Part shown: one piece after another, positions 1 through 9,687 of the stretch | Position numbering within the stretch: position 1 is the stretch's first letter | Layout: each line of letters starts with the position of its first letter | DNA from: Spirochaetia bacterium | Lineage (GTDB): Bacteria; Spirochaetota; Spirochaetia; CADAEX01 | DNA length: 64,000 bases | Assembly: GCA_017535435.1 (NCBI GenBank) | Contig: JAFXTY010000041.1 | Coordinates: 770-64,769 of the forward strand | Direction of reading: 5' to 3' | Program-made: the position numbers and the translations under genes | Notes under the pieces: model-generated | The model's input: the letters and a program-made list of their open reading frames with translations, nothing else | The model's database searches: none | Told to the model about the DNA's origin: nothing

Positions 1-818
1 TCGGCAGAGACCACGGCCGAAAGGGAACTTTTCTCCATTACAGCATAGTCGATGGAATTGGATGGCGATTTTGTGTATGCCTCTGCCACCTCCGGGGTGT
101 CCATGAGAACCTGTATGCCATCCTTTATGTATTCCCCGGTGGATTTGACAGTGCCTATGGCATCGGTCATAGCCTTTGAATGCTCAGCCAGCTGGCTCCA
201 GTAGGTTTTTCCGGTGAAGCAGAACATGCCTGAGTTCCACAGATACTTTCCGTCAGCCAGGAACTTCTTGGCTGTCTCCGGGTCAGGTTTCTCCCGGAAA
301 GATTTAACGATATAGCCGGTCTTCTCAGCATCTCCCTGCTCGATATAGCCGTAGCCGGTCTCTGGGTAGAGGGGCTTTATGCCGAATGTCACAAGGTGCC
401 CGGCCCGGGAAAGGACATCTGCCTTCTCCATACAGGCTTTGAACTTGCCAATGTCCTCAATCATATGGTCAGCAGGAAGCACCAAAAGGGAGGAATCAGC
501 CTTTCCCATCAGCTCCAGGGCCCGCACTGCAATTCCTATGGCTGGGGCAGTGTTCCTTGCCATAGGCTCAGGTATGACCGCAATCTTGCCGGTGTGGGCA
601 AAGGGGGCACATTCCTTTATAAGCTCCTCCATCTGGCTCTTTAGGGATATTATATATATCTTTCCTGCCGGATTGAGGGCAAGGGAGCGCTTTATGGTCA
701 GGGCAAGGAGGGAATCTTCTCCTTTCACTTTTATATATTGCTTGGGAAACCTGGAGAGGGAGGCAGGCCACAGCCGTGTTCCGGAACCCCCTGCAAGAAT
801 CAGAATATCGTCAATCAT
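1..818 (-). CDS. manC: mannose-1-phosphate guanylyltransferase (nucleotidyltransferase), 3' end truncated by window edge
   Basis: Minus-strand ATG at 818..816. Translation MIDDILILAGGSGTRLWPASLSRFPKQYIKVKG carries the GGxGTRLWP nucleotidyltransferase motif, followed by GHLVTFGIKP..ETGYGYI and NSGMF blocks typical of GDP-mannose pyrophosphorylase. The frame stays open to position 1, so it is not in the ORF track. Confidence 0.6.
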   Translation of the reverse strand, partial: MIDDILILAGGSGTRLWPASLSRFPKQYIKVKGEDSLLALTIKRSLALNPAGKIYIISLKSQMEELIKECAPFAHTGKIAVIPEPMARNTAPAIGIAVRALELMGKADSSLLVLPADHMIEDIGKFKACMEKADVLSRAGHLVTFGIKPLYPETGYGYIEQGDAEKTGYIVKSFREKPDPETAKKFLADGKYLWNSGMFCFTGKTYWSQLAEHSKAMTDAIGTVKSTGEYIKDGIQVLMDTPEVAEAYTKSPSNSIDYAVMEKSSLSAVVSA

Positions 819-910
819 ATTTTATAGTCCTGCTGGTATTATAATATATACCTCATTATATTGCAAATTTCTTTTATACGCTATATATTTAATTATTCTT
901 TATTGATATT

Positions 911-3900
911 TTGGAGGATATTTTGTACAACCCGGTAGATCCTAAAGTTGATTTTCCTAAGATGGAGGAAGGAGTCCTTAAATTCTGGGAAGAGAATGAT
1001 ATTTTCAAGAAGTCTATGAAGCAGAGGGAAGGAGCCAGCGAATATGTGTTCTATGACGGCCCTCCGTTTGCAACAGGTCTTCCGCATTTCGGACACTTTG
1101 TTCCTGGTACTATCAAAGATATTTATCCACGCTATATGACCATGAAGGGAAAGATGGTGGACCGCCGCTTCGGATGGGACTGCCATGGACTTCCTGTTGA
1201 ATATGAGATGGAGAAGGAGCTGAAGATCTCCGGAAAGAAGGAGATCGAGGATTACGGCATCGCAAAGTTCAACGAGAACTGCCGCAAGATCGTGCTCCGC
1301 TACACCAGCGAATGGCGCAAGACTGTGACCCGTATGGGCCGCTGGGTCGATTTCGACAACGACTACAAGACCATGAACCCTGACTACATGGAGTCCATCT
1401 GGTGGGTAGTGAAGCAGCTGTGGGACAAGGGGCTCATCTATGAGGGCTTCTACATCCTGCCATACTGCCCGCGGTGCTCCACTGTACTTTCAAATCACGA
1501 GCTGAACCTGGGAGGTTACCAGGAGGATACAGACCCTGCAATCACCATCAAGTTCAAAGTGAAAGGGGAGGATAACACCTACTTCCTGGCATGGACCACA
1601 ACCCCTTGGACACTGCCATCCAACCAGGCTCTGGCTGTGAACCCGGAGATTGACTACGTCAAGGTTAAAGACGGTGCAGAGTGCTACATCATGGCTCAGG
1701 CCCGGCTTTCTGCTTACTATAAGAAAGAGACCGACTACGAGGTTGTATGGACCAAGAAGGGAAGCGAGCTGGTGGGCATGTCCTATGAGCCGCTGTTCGA
1801 CTACTTCGCATCCATTGCCGAGAAAGGTGCATTCCGGGTATTCCCTGCAGCCTATGTAACCACCGAGGATGGTACTGGTATCGTTCATACAGCCAGCGGC
1901 TTCGGCGAAGACGACAACAACACCCTGAAGGGAACCGGCATTCCTGTGATCTGCCCTGTCGACGCAGAGTGCAAGTTCACTGCCGAAGTTCCAGACTACC
2001 AGGGAAGATTTGTAAAAGACTGCGACAAGGACATCATCGCCCGGCTCAAGGCCGAGGGCAAGCTGGTGCTCCGCCAGAACTATGTACATAATTATCCTCA
2101 CTGCTGGAGATGTCATTCTCCTCTTATCTACAGAGCTATCTCATCCTGGTTCGTCGATATCCAGAAGATCAAGGAGAAGATGCTCAAGGCCAACAGCCAG
2201 ATCAACTGGGTTCCTGCCCACCTTAAGGAAGGACGTTTCGGAAAGTGGCTTGAGGGTGCAAGAGACTGGGCTATCTCCCGTAACAGATACTGGGGCAACC
2301 CGATTCCGATCTGGAAATGCGACAAGTGCGGCAAGACCCACTGCATGGGAAGCCGTGCCGAGCTTGAGGAGAAATCGGGCGTAAAGGTTGTGGATCTCCA
2401 CAAGCACTTTGTAGATGACATCACCTATAAGTGCGAGTGCGGCGGCACAATGAAGAGAATCCCCGAGGTATTGGACTGCTGGTTCGAGTCCGGTTCCATG
2501 CCTTATGCCCAGGTGCATTATCCATTCGAGAACAAGGAGCGGTTCGAGGAGCACTTCCCCGCCGACTTCATCTGCGAGGGACTGGATCAGACCAGAGGAT
2601 GGTTCTATACACTGGTTGTGCTTGGTGCGGCGCTGTTTGACAGACCTGCCTTCAAGAACGTTGTTGTGAATGGACTGGTTCTGGCCGAGGATGGCCGGAA
2701 GATGTCCAAGAGCCTCAGGAACTACACCGACCCCGTTGAGGTAATCGACAAGTTCGGTGCCGATGCCCTCAGGTTCTTCCTTGTGAACTCCGCTGTAGTA
2801 AGAGCAGAGGATCTGCGTTATTCCGACAAGGGTGTGAAGGAAGTCCTCAAGACCCTTATCCTCCCGCTGTGGAATGCATACAGCTTCTTTGTGACATATG
2901 CGAACATCGACAAGATTCAGGTCACCAAGGCACCTGAGAATCCAAAGAATCCGCTGGACAGATGGATTCTCTCTGTGGCTGAGTCCCTGATCAAGAATGT
3001 GACCGAGAGCTTTGACACCTACAATATCCAGAGGGCAAACGGACTTCTCCTTGATTTCCTCGATGCCCTTAACAACTGGTATGTGCGCCGCTCCAGAAGA
3101 AGATTCTGGAAGTCCGAGAGCGACTTGGACAAGGAGCAGGCTTACCAGACCCTGTATACAGTGCTTATGAAGTTCATCAAGGTGGCATGTCCTGTGATTC
3201 CTTTCATCACCGATGAGATCTACAGGAACCTGCGGACCCCTGATATGCCTGCCTCTGTGCATCTGTGCGACTTCCCGGTGGCTGATGAGAGCCTCATCGA
3301 CCTTGAGCTTGAGAAGAAGATGGAAGTCACCCGCAAGGCAGTTTCCCTTGGAAGAGCGCTCCGGAGCTCCCACGAGATAAAGACACGGCAGCCTCTCAAG
3401 TCTGCTTATCTGGTCACAAGGGACCAGCAGGAGAAAGTCATACTCCAGGAGATGGAGAACATCATAGCAGAGGAGCTCAACGTAAAGGAGATCAGCATCC
3501 GTGAGAACGAGGAGGAGCTGGTTGAATACTCCTGCAAGGCCAATTTCCGTGAGCTTGGAAAAGAGCTGGGCAAGGATATGAAGGCCGGTGCCGAGATCAT
3601 CAGCAAGTTCGGCGGAGAGGAGATCAGATCTCTCCTGGACGGTGCTACACTGGCTATTGAAATCAACGGCAAGAGCTATGACATCACCAAGGACGAGATT
3701 GTTGTCACCAGAACCGAGAAGGGCAACCTTAAGGTTATGAACGACGGCTCCCTGACCATCGGTCTTGACACCACCATCACCCAGGAGCTCAAGCAGGAAG
3801 GTATTATCCGGGATCTTATCAGGAATATCCAGAACATGAGAAAAGAGGCTGGTTTCCAGGTTACAGACCGTATCAGCATCAAGCTGGATGGAAATGATGA

Positions 3901-4042
3901 GGTCAAGGCTGCTGTGGAGGCCTTCGGCGAGTATCTCCTTTCCGAGACTCTTACCGAGAAGCTGGACTGGGAAAAGACCGAGGGTATGACTGAATGCGAA
4001 TGCGGCGACTACACATGCATGGTTGCAGTTGCAAAAAATTAA
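911..4042 (+). CDS. ileS: isoleucine--tRNA ligase (long, type-2-like form, 1043 aa)
   Basis: PPFATGLPHFGHF (HIGH motif), KMSKSLRN (KMSKS), CP1 editing domain, and Zn-binding CxxC pairs near the C-terminus. TTG start at 911; the first ATG is at 961. Confidence 0.9.
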   Translation: MEDILYNPVDPKVDFPKMEEGVLKFWEENDIFKKSMKQREGASEYVFYDGPPFATGLPHFGHFVPGTIKDIYPRYMTMKGKMVDRRFGWDCHGLPVEYEMEKELKISGKKEIEDYGIAKFNENCRKIVLRYTSEWRKTVTRMGRWVDFDNDYKTMNPDYMESIWWVVKQLWDKGLIYEGFYILPYCPRCSTVLSNHELNLGGYQEDTDPAITIKFKVKGEDNTYFLAWTTTPWTLPSNQALAVNPEIDYVKVKDGAECYIMAQARLSAYYKKETDYEVVWTKKGSELVGMSYEPLFDYFASIAEKGAFRVFPAAYVTTEDGTGIVHTASGFGEDDNNTLKGTGIPVICPVDAECKFTAEVPDYQGRFVKDCDKDIIARLKAEGKLVLRQNYVHNYPHCWRCHSPLIYRAISSWFVDIQKIKEKMLKANSQINWVPAHLKEGRFGKWLEGARDWAISRNRYWGNPIPIWKCDKCGKTHCMGSRAELEEKSGVKVVDLHKHFVDDITYKCECGGTMKRIPEVLDCWFESGSMPYAQVHYPFENKERFEEHFPADFICEGLDQTRGWFYTLVVLGAALFDRPAFKNVVVNGLVLAEDGRKMSKSLRNYTDPVEVIDKFGADALRFFLVNSAVVRAEDLRYSDKGVKEVLKTLILPLWNAYSFFVTYANIDKIQVTKAPENPKNPLDRWILSVAESLIKNVTESFDTYNIQRANGLLLDFLDALNNWYVRRSRRRFWKSESDLDKEQAYQTLYTVLMKFIKVACPVIPFITDEIYRNLRTPDMPASVHLCDFPVADESLIDLELEKKMEVTRKAVSLGRALRSSHEIKTRQPLKSAYLVTRDQQEKVILQEMENIIAEELNVKEISIRENEEELVEYSCKANFRELGKELGKDMKAGAEIISKFGGEEIRSLLDGATLAIEINGKSYDITKDEIVVTRTEKGNLKVMNDGSLTIGLDTTITQELKQEGIIRDLIRNIQNMRKEAGFQVTDRISIKLDGNDEVKAAVEAFGEYLLSETLTEKLDWEKTEGMTECECGDYTCMVAVAKN

Positions 4043-4851
4043 CAGTACTTCTTCTCCTGTCCCTTGTACTGGCAGGCTGTGCCACCACAGGCGGCAGGGG
4101 AAAATCTGAAGCCTCCCTTCCTGGTTTCATACCGGGGGGATGCTCCACATATCTTGCCGGCAGGGTGGATGCCCTGCCAGCCATGTTTGCCGACATGTTC
4201 GCCAAGAACGGCATTCCTGATCAGGTTATCAAAGACACAGACCGTATATACTGCTGCTTTGTTACCCCTGATAAACTCACTGTCTTCCTTGAGGGCGACT
4301 ACAGCAAGCTCCACGCCAAGACCTACTTCAATGTGAAAAAAAGGTACGAGAAGAGGACCGAGAACGGTTTTGACTACTACATAGACCTGGAGACTGGGGC
4401 AGGCTACTGCCTCCCAGGCAGGAAGCTCATCATCTATACCGAGGATGACATGCAGAGGCTCCTGGCAGCCTACAATCCCGACAGCTACCTTGTTTCCGAG
4501 CTGGACGGCCTTTATACCCAGGATATCTTTGTGTTCCGGGACAACCCGACAATCCAGGATCTGAAGCTTAAGCGGCATTATCAGGTGTATCTGTGGGCCA
4601 ATATAGAAAGTGGCTTCTATTCTCTGGATTCTGACCTCTGCTTCTCCGGCGAGAAGGATGCCAGGGTTGCATCCCCTGTGGTTAAGCTTTTTGTCCAGAA
4701 CCTGATAAAGAAGATTGAGATCGGGGAATACAACACAGGCCGGCCTGTCTCTGTGAATGCAGACAAGGTGCAGATAAGGGGCATAATTGTCCCCAAGGAC
4801 AAGGGAAGTCCTGTGTTTGAGTATTTTATTTCGGAGTTGAACGATAGATGA
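4018..4851 (+). CDS. lipoprotein, unknown function
   Basis: MHGCSCKKLTVLLLLSLVLAGCATT gives a signal peptide with an LAGC lipobox. It overlaps the ileS 3' end in another frame and overlaps the hisH start by 4 nt. Confidence 0.5.
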   Translation, partial: HGCSCKKLTVLLLLSLVLAGCATTGGRGKSEASLPGFIPGGCSTYLAGRVDALPAMFADMFAKNGIPDQVIKDTDRIYCCFVTPDKLTVFLEGDYSKLHAKTYFNVKKRYEKRTENGFDYYIDLETGAGYCLPGRKLIIYTEDDMQRLLAAYNPDSYLVSELDGLYTQDIFVFRDNPTIQDLKLKRHYQVYLWANIESGFYSLDSDLCFSGEKDARVASPVVKLFVQNLIKKIEIGEYNTGRPVSVNADKVQIRGIIVPKDKGSPVFEYFISELNDR

Positions 4852-5453
4852 AGACTGGCGTTGTTGACTATAAGGCTGGAAACCTGCGGAGCATACAGAA
4901 CCTCCTGCAGTTTCTTAAGGCCGATTTTATCATATCAGACCGGGCCGAGGAGCTTCTGAAGTGTGATAAGCTCCTGTTCCCCGGAGTGGGGGAGGCAGCC
5001 TATGCCATGGGACAGCTTGGGAAGACCGGGCTCGGTGCCATGATGAAGGATTTTGCCCAGAGCGGCAGACCGATTTTCGGAATCTGCCTTGGATGCCAGA
5101 TTATCCTGGATCACTCAGAAGAAGGGGATGTGGACTGTCTGGGGCTTATCCCCGGCATTGCAAAGCGTTTCCCCTCCGGGGGCCTCAAGGTGCCTGAGAT
5201 TGGGTGGAACAGCTTTGACAAAGTGCAGGAGCATTACCTTTTGAAAGATATTCCCGCTTCTCCCGATGTCTACTTTGTCCACTCCTATTATCCCTCTGTT
5301 GATGCCAGATACGGTATTGCACAGACCGAATACATGGTTCCTTTCTATTCAGTCATAGGCCGGGACAATGTGGCCGCAGCCCAGTTCCATCCGGAGAAAT
5401 CGGGTCCCGTGGGAATCCAGATCATGCGGAACTTCATCGAGTACGGGGGCTGA
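4848..5453 (+). CDS. hisH: imidazole glycerol phosphate synthase subunit HisH (class-I glutamine amidotransferase)
   Basis: GICLGCQ catalytic Cys and FHPEKSG. Length and architecture match HisH. Confidence 0.8.
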   Translation: MKTGVVDYKAGNLRSIQNLLQFLKADFIISDRAEELLKCDKLLFPGVGEAAYAMGQLGKTGLGAMMKDFAQSGRPIFGICLGCQIILDHSEEGDVDCLGLIPGIAKRFPSGGLKVPEIGWNSFDKVQEHYLLKDIPASPDVYFVHSYYPSVDARYGIAQTEYMVPFYSVIGRDNVAAAQFHPEKSGPVGIQIMRNFIEYGG

Positions 5454-5455
5454 TA

Positions 5456-6219
5456 TGCTTAAGAAAAGAATCATCATCTGTCTTGATGTGCGGGACGGAA
5501 AGACAACAAAAGGAATCAAGTTCAAAGGAAACATAGATATCGGCGACCCTGTGGAGATGGCCGAGAAATACTACCATGACGGCGTTGACGAGCTGGTATT
5601 CTACGATATCACAGCCTCTGCCGAGAAGCGTGGCATAATGATCGACGTGGTGGAGCGGGTGGCAGAGCGCATCTTTATTCCGTTCTCCGTCGGCGGCGGC
5701 ATTGCCAGCGTGGCAGACATGCGGCGGGTGCTTCTGGCCGGTGCCGAGAAGATAAGTGTCAACTCCCAGGCTGTGAAGAATCCTTCTATAATAGAAGAGG
5801 GTGCCTCTATCTTCGGCCGCCAGTGCATTGTGCTTGGTATGGATGCAGCCCGTGATCCCGATATGCCCTCAGGCTACCGGGTGTTCATAAACGGCGGCCG
5901 CACCGCCACAGAGCTGGATGCCCTTGCCTGGGCGAAGCAGGCAGAAAGGCTTGGGGCCGGCGAGTTTGTCCTTAACTCCATAGATGCGGACGGCACCAAG
6001 AACGGCTATGAGATTCCCCTGACCAAGATGATATCTGACAATGTGGGTGTCCCTGTGGTGGCATCCGGCGGTGCAGGAAAGCCTGTTCATCTTGAGGATG
6101 TGTTCAAGAAGGGCAATGCCGATGCCGCGCTTATTGCCTCCATGGTTCATTACGGCGATTACACTGTCCAGGGAATTAAGGAATATCTTGCCGCATCCGG
6201 CGTTCCTATGCGGATGTAA
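5456..6219 (+). CDS. hisF: imidazole glycerol phosphate synthase cyclase subunit HisF
   Basis: [20 protein letters not shown] and (βα)8 HisF signatures ([12 protein letters not shown]). The ATG at 5456 lies 2 nt after the hisH stop. The track ORF 5368.. is an upstream in-frame extension. Confidence 0.8.
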
Positions 6220-6220
6220 T

Positions 6221-7009
6221 TTATTCTGCTTTCTCTTTTGCTATCTTCTGGGTAAGGACCAGTTTAGGCTCTCCCGAAGGCTTGAAACCGTGGATCTTGA
6301 TCTTTCCCGGCAGCATGCTTATCTCCACAATAATTGAATCATCATTTTCTGTTATGGAGTGGTCAAACTTGTATTGCAGAAGGCTTTCAAGCTTTCCCTC
6401 CTTGCCCAGGAACCGGAGCTCAAGGATAGAGATGTCCTCAAAGTCGTAGAGGGCGGCAAGGCCGGAATGGATTCCTTTCTCATCAGTAAGAGTGAAGTGA
6501 TTTTTTGAGAAGGTAAGTGTCATGGTGTCATTCCCATAGGTGCCATCCAGCACAAACTGCTTCTCCTCTTTTGGCGCCTTCTTCTCGCCGTATTCTGTCA
6601 TCCTGTTATACTGGCCGGTCCAGATCACTCCCTCGTTCTTGATTCCCTCTTCCCGGACTGTGAAGTAGCAGACATCCTCAGACTCAAGGCGCACTGTTAT
6701 GTTCATCCTTATGAAAGGGACCATGTCGTTGGTACCCAGAAGATACCAGGTGTTCTCCTTCAGGGTGGGGCTGAACTGGGAGCAGAGGTAGACCTCCTGC
6801 ACTCTCTGGGCATCGCTGAACATGATTATATCGTTGGAGGATTCATTGTAGTTGATGATGGTGGATGATCCATCCTTCTCCTTCTTTACCCAGGCTCCGT
6901 CAAGCCTCTTTTTAAAGCGGTCCGCCGCTGTGCTCTGGGCAAGAACCGGGATGCCTGACATCAGTATGAGAAGCATAATAAGAAGGAAAGTTTTGAATCT
7001 GGAAAACAT
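6221..7009 (-). CDS. secreted hypothetical protein
   Basis: N-terminus MFSRFKTFLLIMLLILMSGIPVLAQS is a signal peptide with an AXA-like cleavage site. No recognisable motifs. Confidence 0.5.
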   Translation of the reverse strand: MFSRFKTFLLIMLLILMSGIPVLAQSTAADRFKKRLDGAWVKKEKDGSSTIINYNESSNDIIMFSDAQRVQEVYLCSQFSPTLKENTWYLLGTNDMVPFIRMNITVRLESEDVCYFTVREEGIKNEGVIWTGQYNRMTEYGEKKAPKEEKQFVLDGTYGNDTMTLTFSKNHFTLTDEKGIHSGLAALYDFEDISILELRFLGKEGKLESLLQYKFDHSITENDDSIIVEISMLPGKIKIHGFKPSGEPKLVLTQKIAKEKAE

Positions 7010-7045
7010 CGTTTTTATTATATAGCAACGGTGGAGGGATTTCAA
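7010..7045 (-). promoter_or_regulatory. sigma70-like promoter TTGAAA-N17-TATAAT ending 7 nt before the ATG (apparently leaderless)
   Basis: Minus strand reads ttgaaa tccctccaccgttgcta tataat aaaaacg ATG. No Shine-Dalgarno sequence. Confidence 0.4.
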
Positions 7046-7052
7046 CCATGAA

Positions 7053-8123
7053 CTACCGGGCAGGGTAGCGGTAAAGCTTGCCAAGGTAGTTCTCCAGCAC
7101 CAGTTCCTTCTCCTCCTTGGAGACCACATAGTTGTAGCCCAATGTCACCTTGCCGCCTCCTGAAGGCAGGTCTATGGCATACTTGGGCACTGCATAGCCC
7201 GATATGGAGCTGGTGAGGCTGTGCATGATTTCTATACCTTTCTCCACCGGGGTACGGAAATGGCTTATTCCCACGCTCAGGTCGCACTGGAACAGGTAGT
7301 AGGGGCGTACCCTGGCTTTCACCAGCCCCAGGAACAGCTTCTTCAGGATCTCCGCATCGTCGTTTATTCCCTTGAGGAGCACGGTCTGGTTCCCCACAGG
7401 GATTCCAGCATCTGCCAGCTCCTCGCAGGCTCTTATTGCCTCTGGTGTAAGCTCCTTGGGATGGTTGAAGTGGGTGTTGACCCATACAGGATGGTACTTC
7501 CTGATCATGTCGGTGAGCTCTCTGTCTATCCGCATGGGGAGCATCACCGGCACCCGGGTGCCTATGCGTATTATCTCCACATGCTTTATAGCCCGGACTG
7601 CAGCTATGATCTCCTCCAGGGCTCCGGTCTCCAATATGAACGGGTCGCCGCCGGAGATGAGGACATCCCGTATTTCTGGAGTTCTTTCTATGTAGGCCAG
7701 GGCCTGACGCAGCTCTTCCTTTGTAATGGTGCAGTCGGTGCTGCCCACCACCCTGCGGCGGGTGCAGTGCCTGCAGTAGGCGGCGCACTGCATAGTTACC
7801 AGAAGTAGGGCCCGGTCCGGGTAACGGCGCACCACATTGGGTGCCGGATTGTATTTTATCTCACCAAGGGGGTCGTCCAGGTCGAACTCTCCCCGGACAC
7901 GCTCGGCCGCCGAGGGAATCATCTGCATCCTTATGGGGCAGAGGGGATCATCTTTATCCATAAGCGAAGCATAGTATGGTGTTATTGCCATGCGGAAAAA
8001 GCCGAGGTTCTCGGCTATATCAGCCTTTTCCTCCGGTGTCAGGTTTATAAGCTTTGAAAGCTCATCTGCTGTTGTGATGCGGTGGGTCAGCTGCCATTTC
8101 CAGCTTTCTTTTTCCTCAGCCAT
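7053..8123 (-). CDS. KamA-family radical SAM aminomutase (lysine 2,3-aminomutase / EpmB-like)
   Basis: CAAYCRHCTRR is the CxxxCxxC radical-SAM cluster motif. Overall KamA/YjeK-like sequence with GGDP and a PLP-binding region. 356 aa. AGGAG lies 6 nt upstream of the ATG at 8123. Confidence 0.7.
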   Translation of the reverse strand: MAEEKESWKWQLTHRITTADELSKLINLTPEEKADIAENLGFFRMAITPYYASLMDKDDPLCPIRMQMIPSAAERVRGEFDLDDPLGEIKYNPAPNVVRRYPDRALLLVTMQCAAYCRHCTRRRVVGSTDCTITKEELRQALAYIERTPEIRDVLISGGDPFILETGALEEIIAAVRAIKHVEIIRIGTRVPVMLPMRIDRELTDMIRKYHPVWVNTHFNHPKELTPEAIRACEELADAGIPVGNQTVLLKGINDDAEILKKLFLGLVKARVRPYYLFQCDLSVGISHFRTPVEKGIEIMHSLTSSISGYAVPKYAIDLPSGGGKVTLGYNYVVSKEEKELVLENYLGKLYRYPAR

Positions 8124-8718
8124 AGAAGGCTCCTGTGATCTCGAACAGGGCTTCCTGCACATTTGAGTTCTTGAAGTTTATGTTCTCAAGCCTGGAGAAG
8201 ACAAAGCTGGCCTTCTTTATATTGCAGTTGCTGAAGTCAATGTTCCTCAGCTGTGCATTGAGGAAGGATGAGAAGTAGAAGTCATTGTCGCTGAAGTTGC
8301 AGTCCAGTATGGTACAGCCGTTGAAATTGCTGTGGAACACTTCGGACTCGTTTATCCTGACCCAGGAGAGGGAGGAGACTGCAAAGGAACTCTGCTTAAT
8401 TTTGGTGTTCTTGAAGGTGCATCCCTTGAAGGTGGAGAAGTCGAAGAAGCACTGTCTGATCGAGGTGCCTGCAAAGGTGCAGTTGATGAAAGTGCATCCC
8501 TTGAGGAAACAGGAGTGGAGGGTTTTTCCCTGGAAGGAGAAGTTCTCGAAAGTCATCCCCTCGAAGCAGAGATCCCGGATAAATGTCTTACCTTTTATGA
8601 GCTTCAGGGCCTCTTCGGCAGTTTCCTGGGGATCCAGACTGTGTCTGAGGCATCGGTCGGAGCTGCCGAATATAAAGTTTGAGCAATCTGGAATACTGCA
8701 TTGCTTGAAGGAAAACAT
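8116..8718 (-). CDS. pentapeptide-repeat protein with Cys/His-rich N-terminus
   Basis: Long run of A(D/N)LxF-type pentapeptide repeats (CFEGMTFENFSFQGKTLHSCFLKGCTFINCTFAGT...). N-terminus is CSIPDC...RCLRH. Its 3' end overlaps the KamA start by 8 nt. Confidence 0.7.
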   Translation of the reverse strand: MFSFKQCSIPDCSNFIFGSSDRCLRHSLDPQETAEEALKLIKGKTFIRDLCFEGMTFENFSFQGKTLHSCFLKGCTFINCTFAGTSIRQCFFDFSTFKGCTFKNTKIKQSSFAVSSLSWVRINESEVFHSNFNGCTILDCNFSDNDFYFSSFLNAQLRNIDFSNCNIKKASFVFSRLENINFKNSNVQEALFEITGAFYG

Positions 8719-8793
8719 ACGCCATTATACATCAGAGAGTTTTTTTTTAATAGACAGGTTGAAGATATGGGGTAAAAAAAGTATCATAACAGT

Positions 8794-9687
8794 ATGGATA
8801 AAGGGCTTTTCGCTGGAATTAACGCAGATGTTCTGACTCAGGAGAATATGTCTCTACACACCACTTTCAAGATTGGTGGACCCGCAGACTATTTCGTTGT
8901 TCCGAAGGATATAGAGGCCCTGATAAAGGCCAGAGAAGCCGCAATCCAAGCCGGCCTGAAGTTCTTCATCCTGGGGGGCGGCGCCAACGTGCTCTTCCCG
9001 GACGAGGGCTACAATGGGGTGGTAATCGCCACCGAAGGGCTCAATCAGATATTCCTGGAAAAAAATGGCCTTTTGCACGCCGGCTGCGGTGCTGCCATAA
9101 GCGATGTGGCCCAGTTTGCATCCAGCGCAGGGAGGGCAGGACTCCAGTTCTTCTACTCCATGCCTGGCAGCACCGGCGGTGCCATCTATATGAATGCAAG
9201 GTGCTACAACGCCTCCATCTCCGATGCCCTCAAGGCAGCGGTGTACCTGGACAGGGAAGGCAATGTGCGCACTCTGGAGACCGCCCATGGCGGCTTTGAC
9301 TATAAGGTGAGCCCCTTCCAGACCAACGGCGGCATAATCCTTGAGGGCATCTTTGCCACCACCGGTGGCAATGCCGAGGCTCTCGGCAAGGAGATGGAGG
9401 GATACAAGGCCGACAGGGAGGCCAAAGGACACTTCGCATACCCCTGTGCAGGCTCGGTGTTCAAGAACAACAGGGCATTCGGACTTCCTTCAGGGAAAAT
9501 AATAGACAACCTGGGCTTAAGAGGTTATACTGTGAGAGGTGCCAAGATATCTGAGCACCATGCTAATATAATAGTGAACAGCGGCCATGCCACTGCTCAG
9601 GATGTGAAAGACCTTGTCAGCCTGGTGGAGGATAAGGTCAGGGAGGCCACAGGCTTCCAGCTTGAGAGGGAAATCATTTACGTATGA
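8794..9687 (+). CDS. murB: UDP-N-acetylenolpyruvoylglucosamine reductase
   Basis: FKIGGPADYF and an FAD-binding domain. MurB-like throughout. Confidence 0.8.
   Translation: MDKGLFAGINADVLTQENMSLHTTFKIGGPADYFVVPKDIEALIKAREAAIQAGLKFFILGGGANVLFPDEGYNGVVIATEGLNQIFLEKNGLLHAGCGAAISDVAQFASSAGRAGLQFFYSMPGSTGGAIYMNARCYNASISDALKAAVYLDREGNVRTLETAHGGFDYKVSPFQTNGGIILEGIFATTGGNAEALGKEMEGYKADREAKGHFAYPCAGSVFKNNRAFGLPSGKIIDNLGLRGYTVRGAKISEHHANIIVNSGHATAQDVKDLVSLVEDKVREATGFQLEREIIYV

Noticed and set aside
379-906. 175-aa plus-strand ORF at window start
   Set aside because: The opposite strand encodes a clear nucleotidyltransferase (GGSGTRLWP motif). The plus ORF is a shadow.
2141-3373. 410-aa minus-strand ORF entirely inside ileS
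   Set aside because: It is antisense to a confidently identified, motif-rich gene. It has no RBS or recognisable domains and typical shadow-ORF composition. The same applies to 1490..2116, 3406..3672 and 3676..3906.
7042-7788. 248-aa Gly/Pro/Arg-rich ORF overlapping the KamA-family gene in another frame
   Set aside because: Low-complexity translation of a GC-rich coding region. The KamA frame carries the CxxxCxxC motif and full-length family similarity.
8285-8836. 183-aa plus-strand ORF opposite the pentapeptide-repeat gene
   Set aside because: Antisense translation of a repeat-rich gene. The pentapeptide frame shows the regular five-residue periodicity, and this frame does not.
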